DNA from: an uncultured Campylobacterales bacterium
GTDB taxonomy: Bacteria; Campylobacterota; Campylobacteria; Campylobacterales; CAZXTK01
Assembly (NCBI GenBank): GCA_964643665.1
Contig: CAZXTK010000001.1
Span: forward strand, 1-38,384
Direction: 5' to 3'
DNA: 38,384 nucleotides
Of this stretch, positions 1-14,300 are shown piece by piece. Under the pieces are notes generated by a model that was given only the letters and a program-made list of their open reading frames with translations, made no database searches and was not told where the DNA came from. Position 1 is the stretch's first letter; the number at the start of each line of letters is the position of its first letter. Both the position numbers and the translations under genes were made by a program.

Positions 1-3000
1 TTAATATTTGTATCATTAAATGCAATATTACTCACATAAGGCAATAGAGTATCTAACATAACATTTATAAGAGTGCTATTGTCTGCAAGATATGTATTAT
101 TATAATAGTCTTTAATGCTATCTTGTAAAACACTCAAAGTGATATTGTTTTTAGATGCAATATTATCATCAACTCTAAAATTAAATGTTATATTTTTTGC
201 CAAAATAGCAACACTTGAACTTGTAGCACCATCAAAAGATAAATTATCAGATAAAGTTATAATATTAGATGATCCATTTTGATAAATATCTTCATCAAAT
301 TCTATATAAGCAGTTACGATATCACCATATCTAATTACATAATTTGATAAGCTTATACCAACTATGATTGGTGCTTTTGTATCAATATCATATGTTGCAA
401 TAAAACTAACATTTGCTCTATTGCCTAATCTATCGCTCCATGCCGTATTTGAAATAGAGATATTAGAATTATTAGTCTCTATGCCAGACCTTGGAGAATA
501 CCCAGTAGTATACACCCTATTCATATCATTAGTAGCAAACTGTGTTGGTGGTGCAGGGAAGGTTAAATTATATATTAATGAACCATTTGCATTTGTCATA
601 TTAATATCACTAAGTTCAAAATTAGTAATAGGCTCACTAAATTCAAATTTAAGCATATAATCTCCATTAACAACATTAAACGGATAAGCATTATTTAATG
701 TAACATTTAATTTAGGGGCTAATGTATCAAACATAAAATCAATTCTGCTAGCATTTTCGATAAACAAGTTACCTCGCATATCAAATATTGCATCTGCTAA
801 AGCTATGCCTTTTGCATCTGTTCTGTTTGCCAACAATGATACATTTGCAACTCTCTCATCTATAGATGCATTTGGCGTAATAGTAAAATACCATACACTT
901 GTATTACTTGCACTTATAGGAGCAAAGTTGCTTATCGCTGCTTGGTTTTCGCTAAATTTGATATTTGCATCTTTATTTAATGCCAAATTAGACATATTTT
1001 CACTAAACACAAGTGTGATGTTAGCACTCTCGCCAACAAGTAGGGTGGTTTGATTTGCACTAAAACTAACTAAAGTGGGAGCTAATGTATCTATTGTTAA
1101 ATTGCCAAATAGCTGTGTTTGTGGTTGACCTAGAGTCACATTAAATTCATCCATAATAGTTGCACTTGTGTTATCTACAAGAATAGTTACATTATCAAGC
1201 AATGGTATGTTTTCATCTGGTGTATAAATAAATGTCCAGTTATTAGAGTAGTTAGCACCATTGATAACATCTATATTCTCAGCTGATAAATTGCTAAGTG
1301 TTCCATTTGTCATTGTTATGTTATTTAATGACACGCCTCTAACATAAGTGTTGAATATCACATTCATTTTGGCACTGTCGCCCACAATTAATTTTGTAGT
1401 ATTCATTGTGATATTAACAACTTTTGGTGTAATACTTGAGATTAAATATTCACCACTTGTAGTAGCTGATGAAGCTCTGTTGCCGTATTTATCTGTCCAA
1501 GTAGTATTTAAGACATTAATAAACTGATGTCTTTGAACAATATCACTTTTAGGCGTAAGTGTTGCAGTAAAATATGACCCATTTACATCTGTAAAGTTTG
1601 TTAGAGCTACTGCCTTATTATCAAATGCGTAAGTTGAGTTATAAACAATATCTGATGTGTTAAATAATAAAACATCATCTCCACCATTAATATTTATATC
1701 AAACTTACTTACATTTTCATTAAATGAAAAAGTAACATTACTTGTTGCATTCTCACCCAATATAGATAACGAACTCATATCAATATCTAAAGTAGGCAAA
1801 AGAGTGTCTATAATAATACTTACATTTATTTCTTGCTCTTTAATTGTATTATTTCGCTCATCTGTAATAGAGCTTACATCAAAAGTTGTAAAATACTCAA
1901 AAGATATATTTTCATATGGAACATATGTAAATTCCCAAGTATCACTAAGAGTGCTTAGTGTGCCTGGGGAGACAAGTGTATATTGACCATGTGTAATATT
2001 AAATGCATTTAGCCTAGATGGCTCACTAAATGTCATTTTAATGGTTGCTTGTGTGCCTGCTAATAATAAATTCATATTGCTTGTATTATACAAAGTCGTA
2101 TTTGTTGGGGTAACAAAATACAATTCATCTATCTTTGGTTTTAATGTATCTGTTGTAATTGCATTAATCACCCAAGTGCTATTATCTGTATATTTATTTT
2201 GATATTTATCAACAATAGAGCCATTAGATAATATTGTTATATTTAAAGTTGTTAATAAACTAATATTGTCTTGTGGTGTCCATACAGCACTATATAGTCG
2301 TGGTGTTATAGCTACCACATTGCTAACTTTTCCAAATGGTGTAAAGAAATCACTCGCATTCACATTGCTAACATTTTCACTAAATGTAACATTAAATGAA
2401 GTGTTTTCACCAAAAATTATAAGGTTTCTTTCCACACTAACATCTGTAATACTTGGTGGCAGAGTGTCTATGGCAATACTTGGCGTAGAAGAGTTAACAA
2501 AAGGAGCATTACCTAATTTGTCTAACCATTTATTTGTTGTGATATTTAAAATATTAACATGGTTTTCGATATTTAAAAAAGCACTAAATTCTGCCCTAAA
2601 AGTATTATTAGCAACCACAAGAGTCATAGGAGTAGTAAAAGCACCGACAGATTGATTAAAATCAAAATCAGCCACACTTAAAGTGCTTACGTCAATATTA
2701 TCACTAAATAAAAGTGAAATATTTGTGCTTATGTTATCAACTGTAAGTGTAGCTCTTGATACATTCAATGTTAGAGTTGGTCTTAGAGTATCAACTTCTA
2801 TGCTTACATTTTTATAAAATGTGTCTCTAAATGTGTTATTCCTCATATCTAAAATATCATTGCTTGATTGTATAGTAAAAGGAACATTGGACATATAATC
2901 AATATCATCAATTGGCGTATATACTATCTCCCATGTATCAGTCATTGAAGAAGAAGATGTTACCAACACCACACTACCATTTATGGCGGATATATCCGCT

Positions 3001-6000
3001 GCCTTAAGCCCTGTTACATTTTCACTAAATGTTATAATAAATGTTTCGTTTTCATGATAAATAATCTTATTATCAGTAGCTGGGGTTAAGGATATATTAA
3101 TAACCATAGGCAATAATGTATCCACACTAACAGCATCTAATGCTATATTTTGATTAGGCTCTAAAGGGTTTTGATAGTCATCTTCTATATTATTTGTATT
3201 ATTTATTATCACATCAATAGAAGTATCAAAACTTATATTCATATATGGTGTAAAATTAGCTACCCAAATACTAGAATTAGTTGCATTTACAACGATATTG
3301 TCTATGACGCCATTATTAGAGTATATATTAGCATCTGTTATATTATTAACACTCTCACTAAATGTAAGATACAATTTACTTACTTGTGGTGCTTTATTAT
3401 TAGCTTGAACTTTTAAATATGTTTTTTCTAAAGACACATTAAGAAGTTTTGGTTGCTTTGTATCTATGACAGGTATTGTAACACTTGAATTAACCAATGC
3501 CTCATTTAAAATTAAATCACTCCATAATGCTTTATCAAATGTCATAATGTGGTTTTTAGTTTCTGTATCAGCATTTGGAGTATAAATTGTTGTATATACA
3601 AATGGTTGAGTAGATGACTTAACAAGTGCAGAGAAAGAACCAAATTGTGTGTTAAATGCCGTTGTAATATCTGTTATATCAAAGTCTTTTGGCTCTTCAT
3701 TGAATATAAATGTAAGTAGCGCTTCTTGACCTTTGATAACAATAGTGTCATTAGTGGTTATATTCAATGATGGTGGGAGCGTATCTATCCATATTGGCAA
3801 TCTAAATGTTTGTGTTTTAACAAATTCATTATTTGTTTGATCTTTAATTGTGCTAGTTTTGCTTAAATTAATATCAATAAAGCTTGCATTTGGCAATAAA
3901 TCAAAAGCTGTAAATGTAGCTGTCCAATTATATGTAACTGGTGGTTGTGCAAATGGGCTATATGGAGTTGGAACTGCGCCACCAACAAAGCTGATATTGC
4001 TTAATAATCCGCCAGAAACATTTATCTCGCCGTTTGCATAGGCTGTATCCAATCCTATTACATATGGTTTATTAAATTGAATTTTAATTTGTGTTGCATT
4101 ATTTGTGATATTTAACACCGATTCATCAAGAGTAATATTTACAATCTTAGGAAATGCGGAATCTACAACATAATTATTAGAAACAGACTTAAATACAGGT
4201 GTATTGCCTATTAAGTCTGTCCAAGTAGAATTTAATAACACACTAATATTGCCTCTTACCAACAGCTCATCTGCTGATCTAAATTTAGTTGTATATAATG
4301 ATGCATTTACAACTGTCCAATCAGCGCCACCTAACCAGCTATCATTTTCGTGAGACAAATCAAACCATACATCATTTGCATCAAAATCTTTTACTGCTTC
4401 ATTGAATGTAAAGTTAACATCTGCGTATGATCTATAACCAATAATTGTTGGTGCTAATGTGATATCTAAACTTGGTCTAAATGTATCAATCCACATACCA
4501 GCCATAGTTATGTTGTTTGGTATAAATGTGTTATTAAACTGATCTAAAATAGTGCTTGTTTTAGAATTATCAATCATAAATGTAACTTCTGTGTCATTTG
4601 TGATATTAACATTTGGAACAAACACAGCAGTCCAGTTGTGGTAATATTTATTACCATTTACAGTTTTAACATCAACAACATCTCCGTTTAGAGTTTTTAT
4701 ATTGCTCTCATCAAAGTTGGTTACATTTTCTCTAAAAATAAAATAAACAGTTGAGTTTGCACCATATTTAATAGTTTTGTTAGTCACAATCACTGCATCA
4801 AAAGTAGGCAATATGGTGTCTATTTCATAATTATAAGAATACGCTGTATCTTGCATATAGTTATATCTTGTATCAAGAACAGAAGATGTGTTTATATAAA
4901 TCTTATTATATAAATCTTCCACACCATTTATAGCTGTGAAGTTCACTTGATATGTATTAGTTCTTGGTGTTTTTACAGAATTAGCATCTAAGGTGATATT
5001 ATCAATATGCAATGCTTTTTCAATATCAAACCCAATAAGGGGTTCTGTTAACTCAACAGTTATAACGCCCTTGTTGGTGTCGCTTTGTGCTAGGCTCAAT
5101 ACTGACCTGCTAAGCGTGATTGTAACATTTGGTCGCACGGTATCTACTACATAATTAGGCGATGCGCTCTCAGCTGTGTCATTAGTGTTGGTAGATAAAT
5201 CTGCCCAAGATGTATTAGCTACTTTTACGCTTGAGAATAAATCTTCTGTGTTATTATTTGCCAGAATAACAACACTATATGCATCTCTATCCCACTGAGC
5301 GCCTGTATATGTAGAGTTGATTATCCGTTTAAATGTATTAGGAACTATTGTTACATTATTATCAAGAATGATATCACTCTCAGTGAAGTTGCTTGCATCA
5401 TTTGCTAGTCCTATTCTTTTGTTAAATGAGAATGTAACAGTTGCATTTGTATGGTTATCTAAGTTTAATAAATCATACTCCATAGTTATATTTAAATGTG
5501 GTGCAACAGTGTCTATACTAAAATTCCCACTATAAGAGCCATTATCTGGATATTGATTATGTAGAGCATACCAACTAGTTTTATCAACAAATAAGCGCCT
5601 ACTTAACGCATAGGTATTAGCTTTAGGTGTTATTTTGTATTGCAGGTTTTTTGGGTTTGTTGTTATGTCTATTGGAGTCCAAGTAAGATTATCATCAAAT
5701 TGAACATCAGAAGCTACATTAAACCCAATAGGCTCTTTACTAAACGAAAAATTCACATACCCTACTTCGCCCACTGTTAAATACTGCCCTGTTCCATCTC
5801 CATATTGTTTTAACAAAGCAGAATCTTCCACTTCATCAACATAAGTTATATTTACATATGGTGGAATTGAATCTATCTCGAAATTAACACTAGTAGAAGA
5901 GTTAGCAGCCCTGTTTAATGTCCAACCCACCCATGTGTCTTTTGATAGTGTAATATTATTAACTCTTTGATATATGTATTGTGTTGTAGCAAAAGTAACA

Positions 6001-8330
6001 GCATAAATAGAACCATTATATGCTCCTACATTACTTTGAACCAATCTTAAATCATGCAATGTTCCATTTGCATGGCTTACATCAATATCTGATAATGTAA
6101 ATGCTTTATCTGCGCCCAAAGAAATATCTGTTATAGGGGCCTGTGTGAATTGCAAATAGATTGTTACATTTTCATGTGTGCCAATAAAAGTTTGCTCATT
6201 GCCATTTGTATCATTTTGAATAACTATTTTAACTTCTGGTCGTTTTGTATTTATATAAAAAGTATTAGAATAATCATATGTGGTAGTAGCATATGGTTTA
6301 TTGCCTGCTAAATCAGTCCAATTATTAGAATTTAAAGAGATATTAACTGCTTGTCTAAATGTATCATTTTTAGTATAAATATTTCCTTTCCATTTCTTCA
6401 TATCAGGAGTTAGTAGCGTTAATGCATTTTGTGGTGTAATTCTTAAATTATTAGGCAATGTAACATTATCGATACTTAAATTAACTGCCTCGGTAAAAGT
6501 ATAATTTACCTCTCCTACCATATTAGGGTCAGTTATTAAATTGCCTGCTCTAAGATCTATTGGTGCTACATTAATTGTTGCATTTGGTCGCACAGTGTCT
6601 ATAATAAAATTATTAGAAAATACATTTTGAGATAATGGGTTACCTGCGATATCCTCAAGCGATGAAGTATCAAACATAATTGTATTATTTGGTATTTCTT
6701 GTTTGGCAAATGAATTAGCAATAACCTGAGCAGTATAATTTAATGAATTTGTATTTGGAACTAATGACCAATTTGCAATGGCTGCATTTGGTGTTGTTGA
6801 ATTTTTGAGCAATTTAATTGGTTCTGAAAATGCAAAATTAATATTGCTTAAATTATCATCTATGCTTAAATATAAATCATTTACGGTTATATTAACAGTA
6901 GGAGCTATGGTATCTTTAATGGCGTTTTGAGCATCGCTAGTATAAACACCGCCTCTAGTGGTCAAACTTACATTAAAAACTACATATGCATTAACACTTG
7001 TATAATCTCTAAAAGCACTTAAATCTAAATTGCTAAACTCAATATTGCCCGAGCCATATTGATTGGTTGTTGTATTAACCGCAACGCTATAAAGCACCGC
7101 TGTTTTGCTTACTGTCTTTGGGACACCTTGTTGCGTAACCAATAAATTTACTGTTGTTCCGTTTTTTTCAACTGGAATATTTTCAACATACCCTGTTATA
7201 TTATAATTAGCTTTGCCCTCATTATTGATATAAAGCAAGGCTGTTGGATCAGCTGGATTTACAACAACAGATGGAAAATGTGGGTCATAAAGAGCAGTTA
7301 TTGCAAAAGTAGCAGGGTTATTGAAACTATCTTTAATGCTAACATTAATCGTTGTTAAATTTACACTAACTGAGTTATTGTTTATTAAACTCGTAATATC
7401 AATATCCATTTGCCATTTGCCATTTGTATTTGCATTATCAACAGGATTTGCATCTACAATTGCATTATTTGTTAATCGTATAGGTGGATTTCCACTATCA
7501 GAGTCAATAAACACATCAAAAGTAGCACCAAAATCAATAAAATCGGTTACCCCTCTTAAAGTTGCTCTTTTAGCATCCACAATTGTAACAATATTATCAA
7601 CAGAAATTGATGTTATATTAATTTGTGCTAAAGTATCTTTTGTTATATCCATTTGATATGTTGCAATATTTTTTGCCACATCTAATATTGTAAATTTAGC
7701 TGTATAAACGCCATCTTGTGTAAATGCTGTATCATTAAAGTCAATATATGTAACCCATGTTCCATCAGATTGCAATGAAACATTTTTACTAAATACTAAT
7801 GTCCCATCTTGATAAACAAAATCAACAGTTAAATTTTGACTAGACTCTACATCTGTCGTATCACCTGATATTAAAATAGGTCCAGAAGCAACATCTGCTT
7901 TATTTATGCCATTTGGTATTGATGTATTTAAACCAGTAATATCATTAGCATGTATTTTGGCAGTTACATCTATGGTTACATTCTTAAAAACACTTCTAAC
8001 ATTGCCAGCTAAATCGGTTACATTAAACTTTATGGTAAAGTTTCGTGTTTTATTATTATCATTCACAACTTTGCTCAATAAATCGGTTATAGTATACGAC
8101 CAGTTTTCATTGTTTTGGTCAATGCCGGCCACCAAAGAATAATCATATAACCCAGTAATTGTTACATTAGGGTTAAACACGCCTTTATAAAATGAGCCAT
8201 TATTAAAAACCTTATCTACTGCTCCGCTTGTAGTTCCGTTTATAATAACATTAGAAAGTTCATACTGATTTATATAATTATCACCAGAGATTGTAGAAAT
8301 TGTTATATTTGGTTTAATAGTGTCTAAATA
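1..8330 (-). repeat. Array of at least 24 tandem bacterial Ig-like (BIg) repeats with D-T-x-x-P boundaries inside the giant ORF. It continues past the window edge.
   Basis: I located the boundary motif [IV]-D-[TS]-x-x-P-x-[LIV]-x-[IV]-[TS] in frame. The first base of the D (or N/S) codon falls at 8324, 6914, 6599, 6251, 5873, 5513, 5144, 4820, 4487, 4163, 3785, 3464, 3122, 2792, 2468, 2150, 1808, 1439, 1091, 728, 383 and 53. Spacing from 6914 downward is 315-381 nt. Each unit also carries F-[ST]-F/E-[SN]-E-x-[VI]-x-x-F...D-I, W/Y..F/Y-T-P and a terminal D..G-N, as in BIg domains of giant adhesins. Confidence 0.8.
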
Positions 8331-11300
8331 AAAAACACCAAGCGTTCCCGTATCAATAAATGTGCCGTCTGGTTTAGCAAAAAACAATGACATATTATTT
8401 GCACCTTCATATAATCTTATTCCTGCAAAATGAATTGGAGATATAGCAGTGCTTCCCACTTCTGAAAAATGTTCATTTTGCGGATCAGAACTTAATCCGT
8501 TAACGCCCACTTTAAAATGTAAATATCTAGGCATTTTGGATGTTGTCATATTTACATAAACAAGTTTGGTTATATTATCTTGTGAGCTATATCCCGTATC
8601 CCAATCGCTATCTAAGAAAATCTTTCCAAAAAAGATATCAACAACCTCTTGTATTTCAGCTACGGTGTCATATTTTTCCCCTCTTTGTAAAGCGCTAAGA
8701 GATGATAATTGGGTATCCATAAACTGAAGCATAGGAACAACAATACTATCAATAACCCTAGTAATTCCTAAATTAGCAAAGTCCTTTGCTGAAATATTTG
8801 ATGTATTAATATTTGTATCAGCTAAAGAAAATTTTGTAAATTTAATAGAGGACTCCATTATATTACTAACTTTTTGACATGTATCTTTTGTGGTGGCTTT
8901 TTGAGTAAGTATTACATCTTCAAATAAATGTTGAGCATGTGTTGAATATGAACTTGGAAATTGTGCTGCAATACCCAAACTAGCAAGCTCACTATCGCTT
9001 GGCATAGCACTGCCTTCATATATATTAGCAACAATAGTATATAAATCTTGCACCGTATCCAAATTAGGGACATCAGATTTTTCTATACAATGATTTACAT
9101 TAGGTAATGTGCCCACGGTATCAACTAAATAGCCATCAAAACTTCTTGCGATATTAGGATCTTTTGGTCCAATATAAACTGAGGACAAATTCTCTTCAGT
9201 AATATTAGATCTTGCACTACCGCTAGCACCATCAGCTCTTTTTTGAATGGCATCTAAAACACTAGCAATAGTTTGAGACATATTGTTCAATGCGGACTTG
9301 TTGTTTAATTCACTCATAGGGTAAGTGTTATCAATCATCAAAATAAAAGCGTTTGTATTATTATGCTCAATTGGAGGGTTAAGGTCTAAAACATTTATAA
9401 TATCATAATCAATAACGCCGGCAAAACCACTTAAATCATCTTTGTAACTTAAATTTGCTGCAACCGAATCTACCAAAGCAGTTGCTACTTGTATAAAGTC
9501 TAATCGCACTTTAGAATCTTGATAAAAAGATCTATTATCATCTTTATCATCATTTACAATTGAGTTAAATAATGCTAAAGAATCCCCTTTAACAAATGGC
9601 AAAGCTAATACATCTAACCCTGCTTCATCTATAGATTTTGAAGTATTATCTAAAATAAGTATCTGATCTACTACTGCTTGCAATGAATCTGCATTTTCTA
9701 CTGATGGTACATCTAAATTAGGATTATACAAATAACTACTCGTAGAGTTTGCAACAATCTCCCTAGGCCAATTACCAAATTCTTCAATTCCTATATCTTT
9801 ATAGTCATCTAAAACCACTGGTGAACCATTATTGGCTCTTTTGGCTGCTACTACTTTGGCAAGAGCATCAAATTGCAATTTGGCAAACTTAGTTAAATTA
9901 TCATAATGCACAATCGATGCGAATCTGTGTTTATAAATTACAAAACCATATCCCCTAAGATTTTCTTGAACAATAGTTGGTGTAATGGCTATATCATATA
10001 AAGAACTAACATTAAGCCCGTCTAAATTTCTATCAAAAACAGGAAATCGTGCTATCGTATGTAGCTGTGTGTTTATATTGAATATATTTTGTAATTTATC
10101 ATATGTATCTTTGTTAGACTCTGAGAGTTCATCTAAAAAAGAATTAAATAACAACATTTCATATGTTGTATCATTTGCAAATGCAAAATGTGCTGGTGGC
10201 CTATCAAAACCAAATTTACTATGTATAATATTCTCACTTAAAGACTCTGCAATATAAGGAGCTTGTATAGATTGAACAATGCGAGCAGAATGCACATAAT
10301 CAAATATGCCCTGACTACTATTTACATAATCACCAATAATAAAATCACTGTTTAAATAATCATTAACAAAATCAACTGTTTTAAGAGTAATATTAAAATT
10401 ACCCACATGTTGATAGTCCTCTAATATCAATCTACGATCTGCATCATTTGCATTAGCTGCTTTTACAAATTTATCTAAGGATATTAATAAAAAATTATGA
10501 ATATCATTAAGTTTAGTCCATGTGTTTACTTCATCTGCACCCTTACGGGCAATCAGTAAAATTATAGAAGGCATATTTTCAGGGGCAACAGTGCTATCAA
10601 GCATTAATTTATTTAAATCATCTGCTGTTAATGTTGTTGCATTGGTTAAATTTGCACCATTTGCTAAATTTTGCACCTTATCAACACTATCTCTAATTAC
10701 TTTTACAACATCATATGTATAATTTGCTCTTTGTATATCATCTCCACCATCATTTAAAACAGTATTAAACAAGGACATCTTATCATCAGTATCAAGTGGC
10801 TCTATACCAGCCACGCTCATATCGCTATCAGTTATATTCGTTTGATTGTTAATCATAAGATAAATTGCAGATGCAAAGGTTTTAATCTTGCTCCAATCAT
10901 CAACCGATGCCCTATCAATTAAAGGAGAAAACAAATATGTGCTAAGCAAATTGGCTTTTGGGTGTAGTATTCCAGCACTTGTATAAAATATATCTTCTAA
11001 AAGTCTTGGCTCAACATTTCCTGAGCTTCTACCCGCACTAAGTTTAACAAGGTCTAAATCTATTGTTGTTAAATTAGTAGCCAAATCGTTCAATTCTGCC
11101 ATAGTTTGGACATTAGCTAAACCGGCATTTTTAACTCTGTGCAAAAAAGCAAGAGTATTTGGATTTGTAATTGCATCATTAAAATGAAAATAATCCAAAG
11201 AAGTGGCATTAAATCTTGAATGAACATCTTCTGGCTCAGCATCTCCGCTAGCAACTTGCATTAGGGGCTCAACTTGTGTAATTATTTTGCCAACTTCTTG

Positions 11301-14300
11301 ATATGTATCTTTATAGCGCACATCATTGAATGTGTTTAAGACATCATTAATTAATTTTAATTTTTCAGCTTGGTTTATGCCGCTTAAAGCACCAAACCCT
11401 AACTTGCCAATTGCATCTTCTGTTATATTCTTATTATTATCAATAATATTTGAAATATGATCAACAATAATTTGAACCTTTAAGGGTGTATCAGTTTGAT
11501 TGCCTTGTATAAAAGCATTATTTAAATAAGACTCCATATGCGCTGGTGAAATGCCAACAAGATCTATTCCTGCTTTTTGATAAATAGCAGCTGTTGGAAA
11601 TGAAAATGTAGCAGTATTTCGCTCAGCTACTACTTTAATAATATCAAGTGATTGTTGAATGTCTGATATTAAAGCCTCCAATTCTACTTTTGTGTCAAAA
11701 TCCTTACCTACACCACCTGAAAGCCTATATAAAAAAGAGCCAACAAAATCATTAGTAATAGGGGTATCAAGCTCTAATAAATTAAGCTCATTAACGCTTA
11801 GAGCATATTTACCGTTACTATCTCTTGGCAACAAAGAGCCGGTTACTATCTTATGAATTTTGGCTACAACTTGAAAGATTGTATTAATTTTATCATATCT
11901 ATCTTTGCTTCTTTGTGTCTGATAATCATTTAAAATATCAGAAAAAAGATTAGCTCCATCTTGTGATGTATCTGATATCGGGATAAAGCGCAAGAGTTTT
12001 ATATTTCTCTTATTAATGGTGTTATTATTTGTAGGTATTGTATTGATAATATTTACAATATCTTGCAATGGTTTTTGTTTAGGGATATGAGTTTCATTTA
12101 TATCACCATCCAAAAACGAATTAACAAGCGCCAAATGCTTCACATTGACAATACCGGCTAATGAATAATCATTTAATGATAATGTTATTAAAGATATATT
12201 AGCTGTTGCTGCTTGTGCAATTGTCAACATTTTGTCATTCATAGCCTTAGAAATATCATCTAATTTTTTCATAGTATTTGCATCTTGTGGGTCATATGCC
12301 TTAAGTGCATACAAAAATGCATCCTTATTTAGTGCATCTACTGGTGGATTAATTTGAAGCTGGGCAAAATCTGCACCTGTGACATTAGCATCTTCTGGCT
12401 CAATATCGCCATTAGCAACACCAATAATATTTGCTATTGTATTTGCTATTTTAGCAACCTTATCATATGTATTTTTAAGAGTTTCGTTTGCATTGAGACG
12501 ATTAATTGCACTATTAAATAAAGATTGCTTATTGATTGAATCAATACCGCCTATTCCTAAGTTGCTTATATTTTGTATGCTTAAAGGTTCTCCATTTTGA
12601 ATCATAACAACACTATCTACTAAACCTTGTAGTTTATTAAGTGTGCGTACCGCATTCCCGTCAATTGGGTTATTATTTAAATATGTAGCTACTTTAGGGA
12701 GCAAGGCTGCTGTCATATTATCTATTTGAGCATCTTCAAAATCTGCTACAACCAATTTATCAGCACTATTTAGCTCAGCTGCATCTATAATCTTATTTGC
12801 TGCAATAAGTAATTGACTATAAGCTGCATTTAACTTGGGCTTGGTGTTATATGAAGATGGGCTATTAGCTTTTCTTATTAGCTTTTCTAAATATGGAATG
12901 TGGACATCTATCACTTCTGGCTTAATGCGAATTTTATGCCAATTTTCCACACTAACACTACCCGCATGCAAAGGTGGGGTGGCCATACTTATTATATTTA
13001 AAGAAGTTTTATATATGTTTTTTATTTTTTCATAAGTATTTTTATCCTCAATTGGTAAAGAATTTATAATAGAATTAAAAAGCGATAACTCATCTGAAGT
13101 TATTGCAACTATGTTTGGGGCTATACCAAGCCTTTTAAGATCATTGGATGTAACATTTTTAGTGGTATTTAAAATATCTCTGATAGAGTCAGCTATCGCA
13201 AAAACCTTATCAGGAGTAGAAGTTCTAGCGCCATCAATGTAATAATTATCTAAAAATGAATTAAAAATAGGCGCTTGGGTTTTAATGCCCAAATTAGTAT
13301 AGTCTTTTTGCGATAACCCCTCATTTGTTGCATTATGTGTCGCCGTATTGCTTTCTGCATACTTGGATATATTAATTAACCCATCAACAAAATCATTATA
13401 TGCTTTTTGCAAGCTATCTATATCAGTAATTCCAGGTCGAGGAAGAAGTCTTAACCTTGGCACAAAATAACCTAAGTTCACATCAGATATTTTTGGATTA
13501 AGCCCCAAAGCATCTAAATCGCTGGCTGTTAATGCACCTAAGAAACTAGATTCTTGTTGAAGTATCGCTCCTTCTAATCTATTTACTGAATAAATAATAT
13601 CTCGCAATTTATCTTTGGTTAAAGTATTAGCCGGGGTTTTTAAAATAATAGAATTTACCATATCTACAGGAAGAACATATGGGTAAATATTAGCTTTTGG
13701 ATAAACATTTAATGACTGATAATCATCTAATGTAGGGATGTTTTTCCCTGCTACCTTGCCTCTTTTTTGTGCATATCTTATAACATCTAAAACAGATTCT
13801 ACCGATAAAGCAGAAGCAACATCAGCAGCATCAGCAGTAGCTATATAATGCGAAGCATCACTTAAAACAACATCTCTAAGAGAAGCAGGATCAACACCAG
13901 CATCAAGATAATCGCCTGCATTTAACGAAGGTGGCTTAACACCATCTGTCGCAGCATACGAAACAATATTCTTTATGTTTTTGGGTTCTGTAGAAACACT
14001 AAATGTTAATGGGTCACCACCAACATATACAACAACATTGTATTTCATTCCAGCATCAGGAGGAGCTTTATAAAAAATAGGCAAGACGCTATCCCCTGGA
14101 GGAAGAGTATAAGTAGAGAGTCTTTTATTGCCTACAAATCCATGCTTAACATATACCTTAACTTCTCCACTTACACCCTTAACCACAATTCGTCCAGCCA
14201 ATCCCTCAGAGCTTGGTTGTAAATTTACAAAATTATTTAATAGACCATGCTTACTCTCATACCTGCCTAATGGTAGAAATGTTAAATTAGCATCAGCAGT

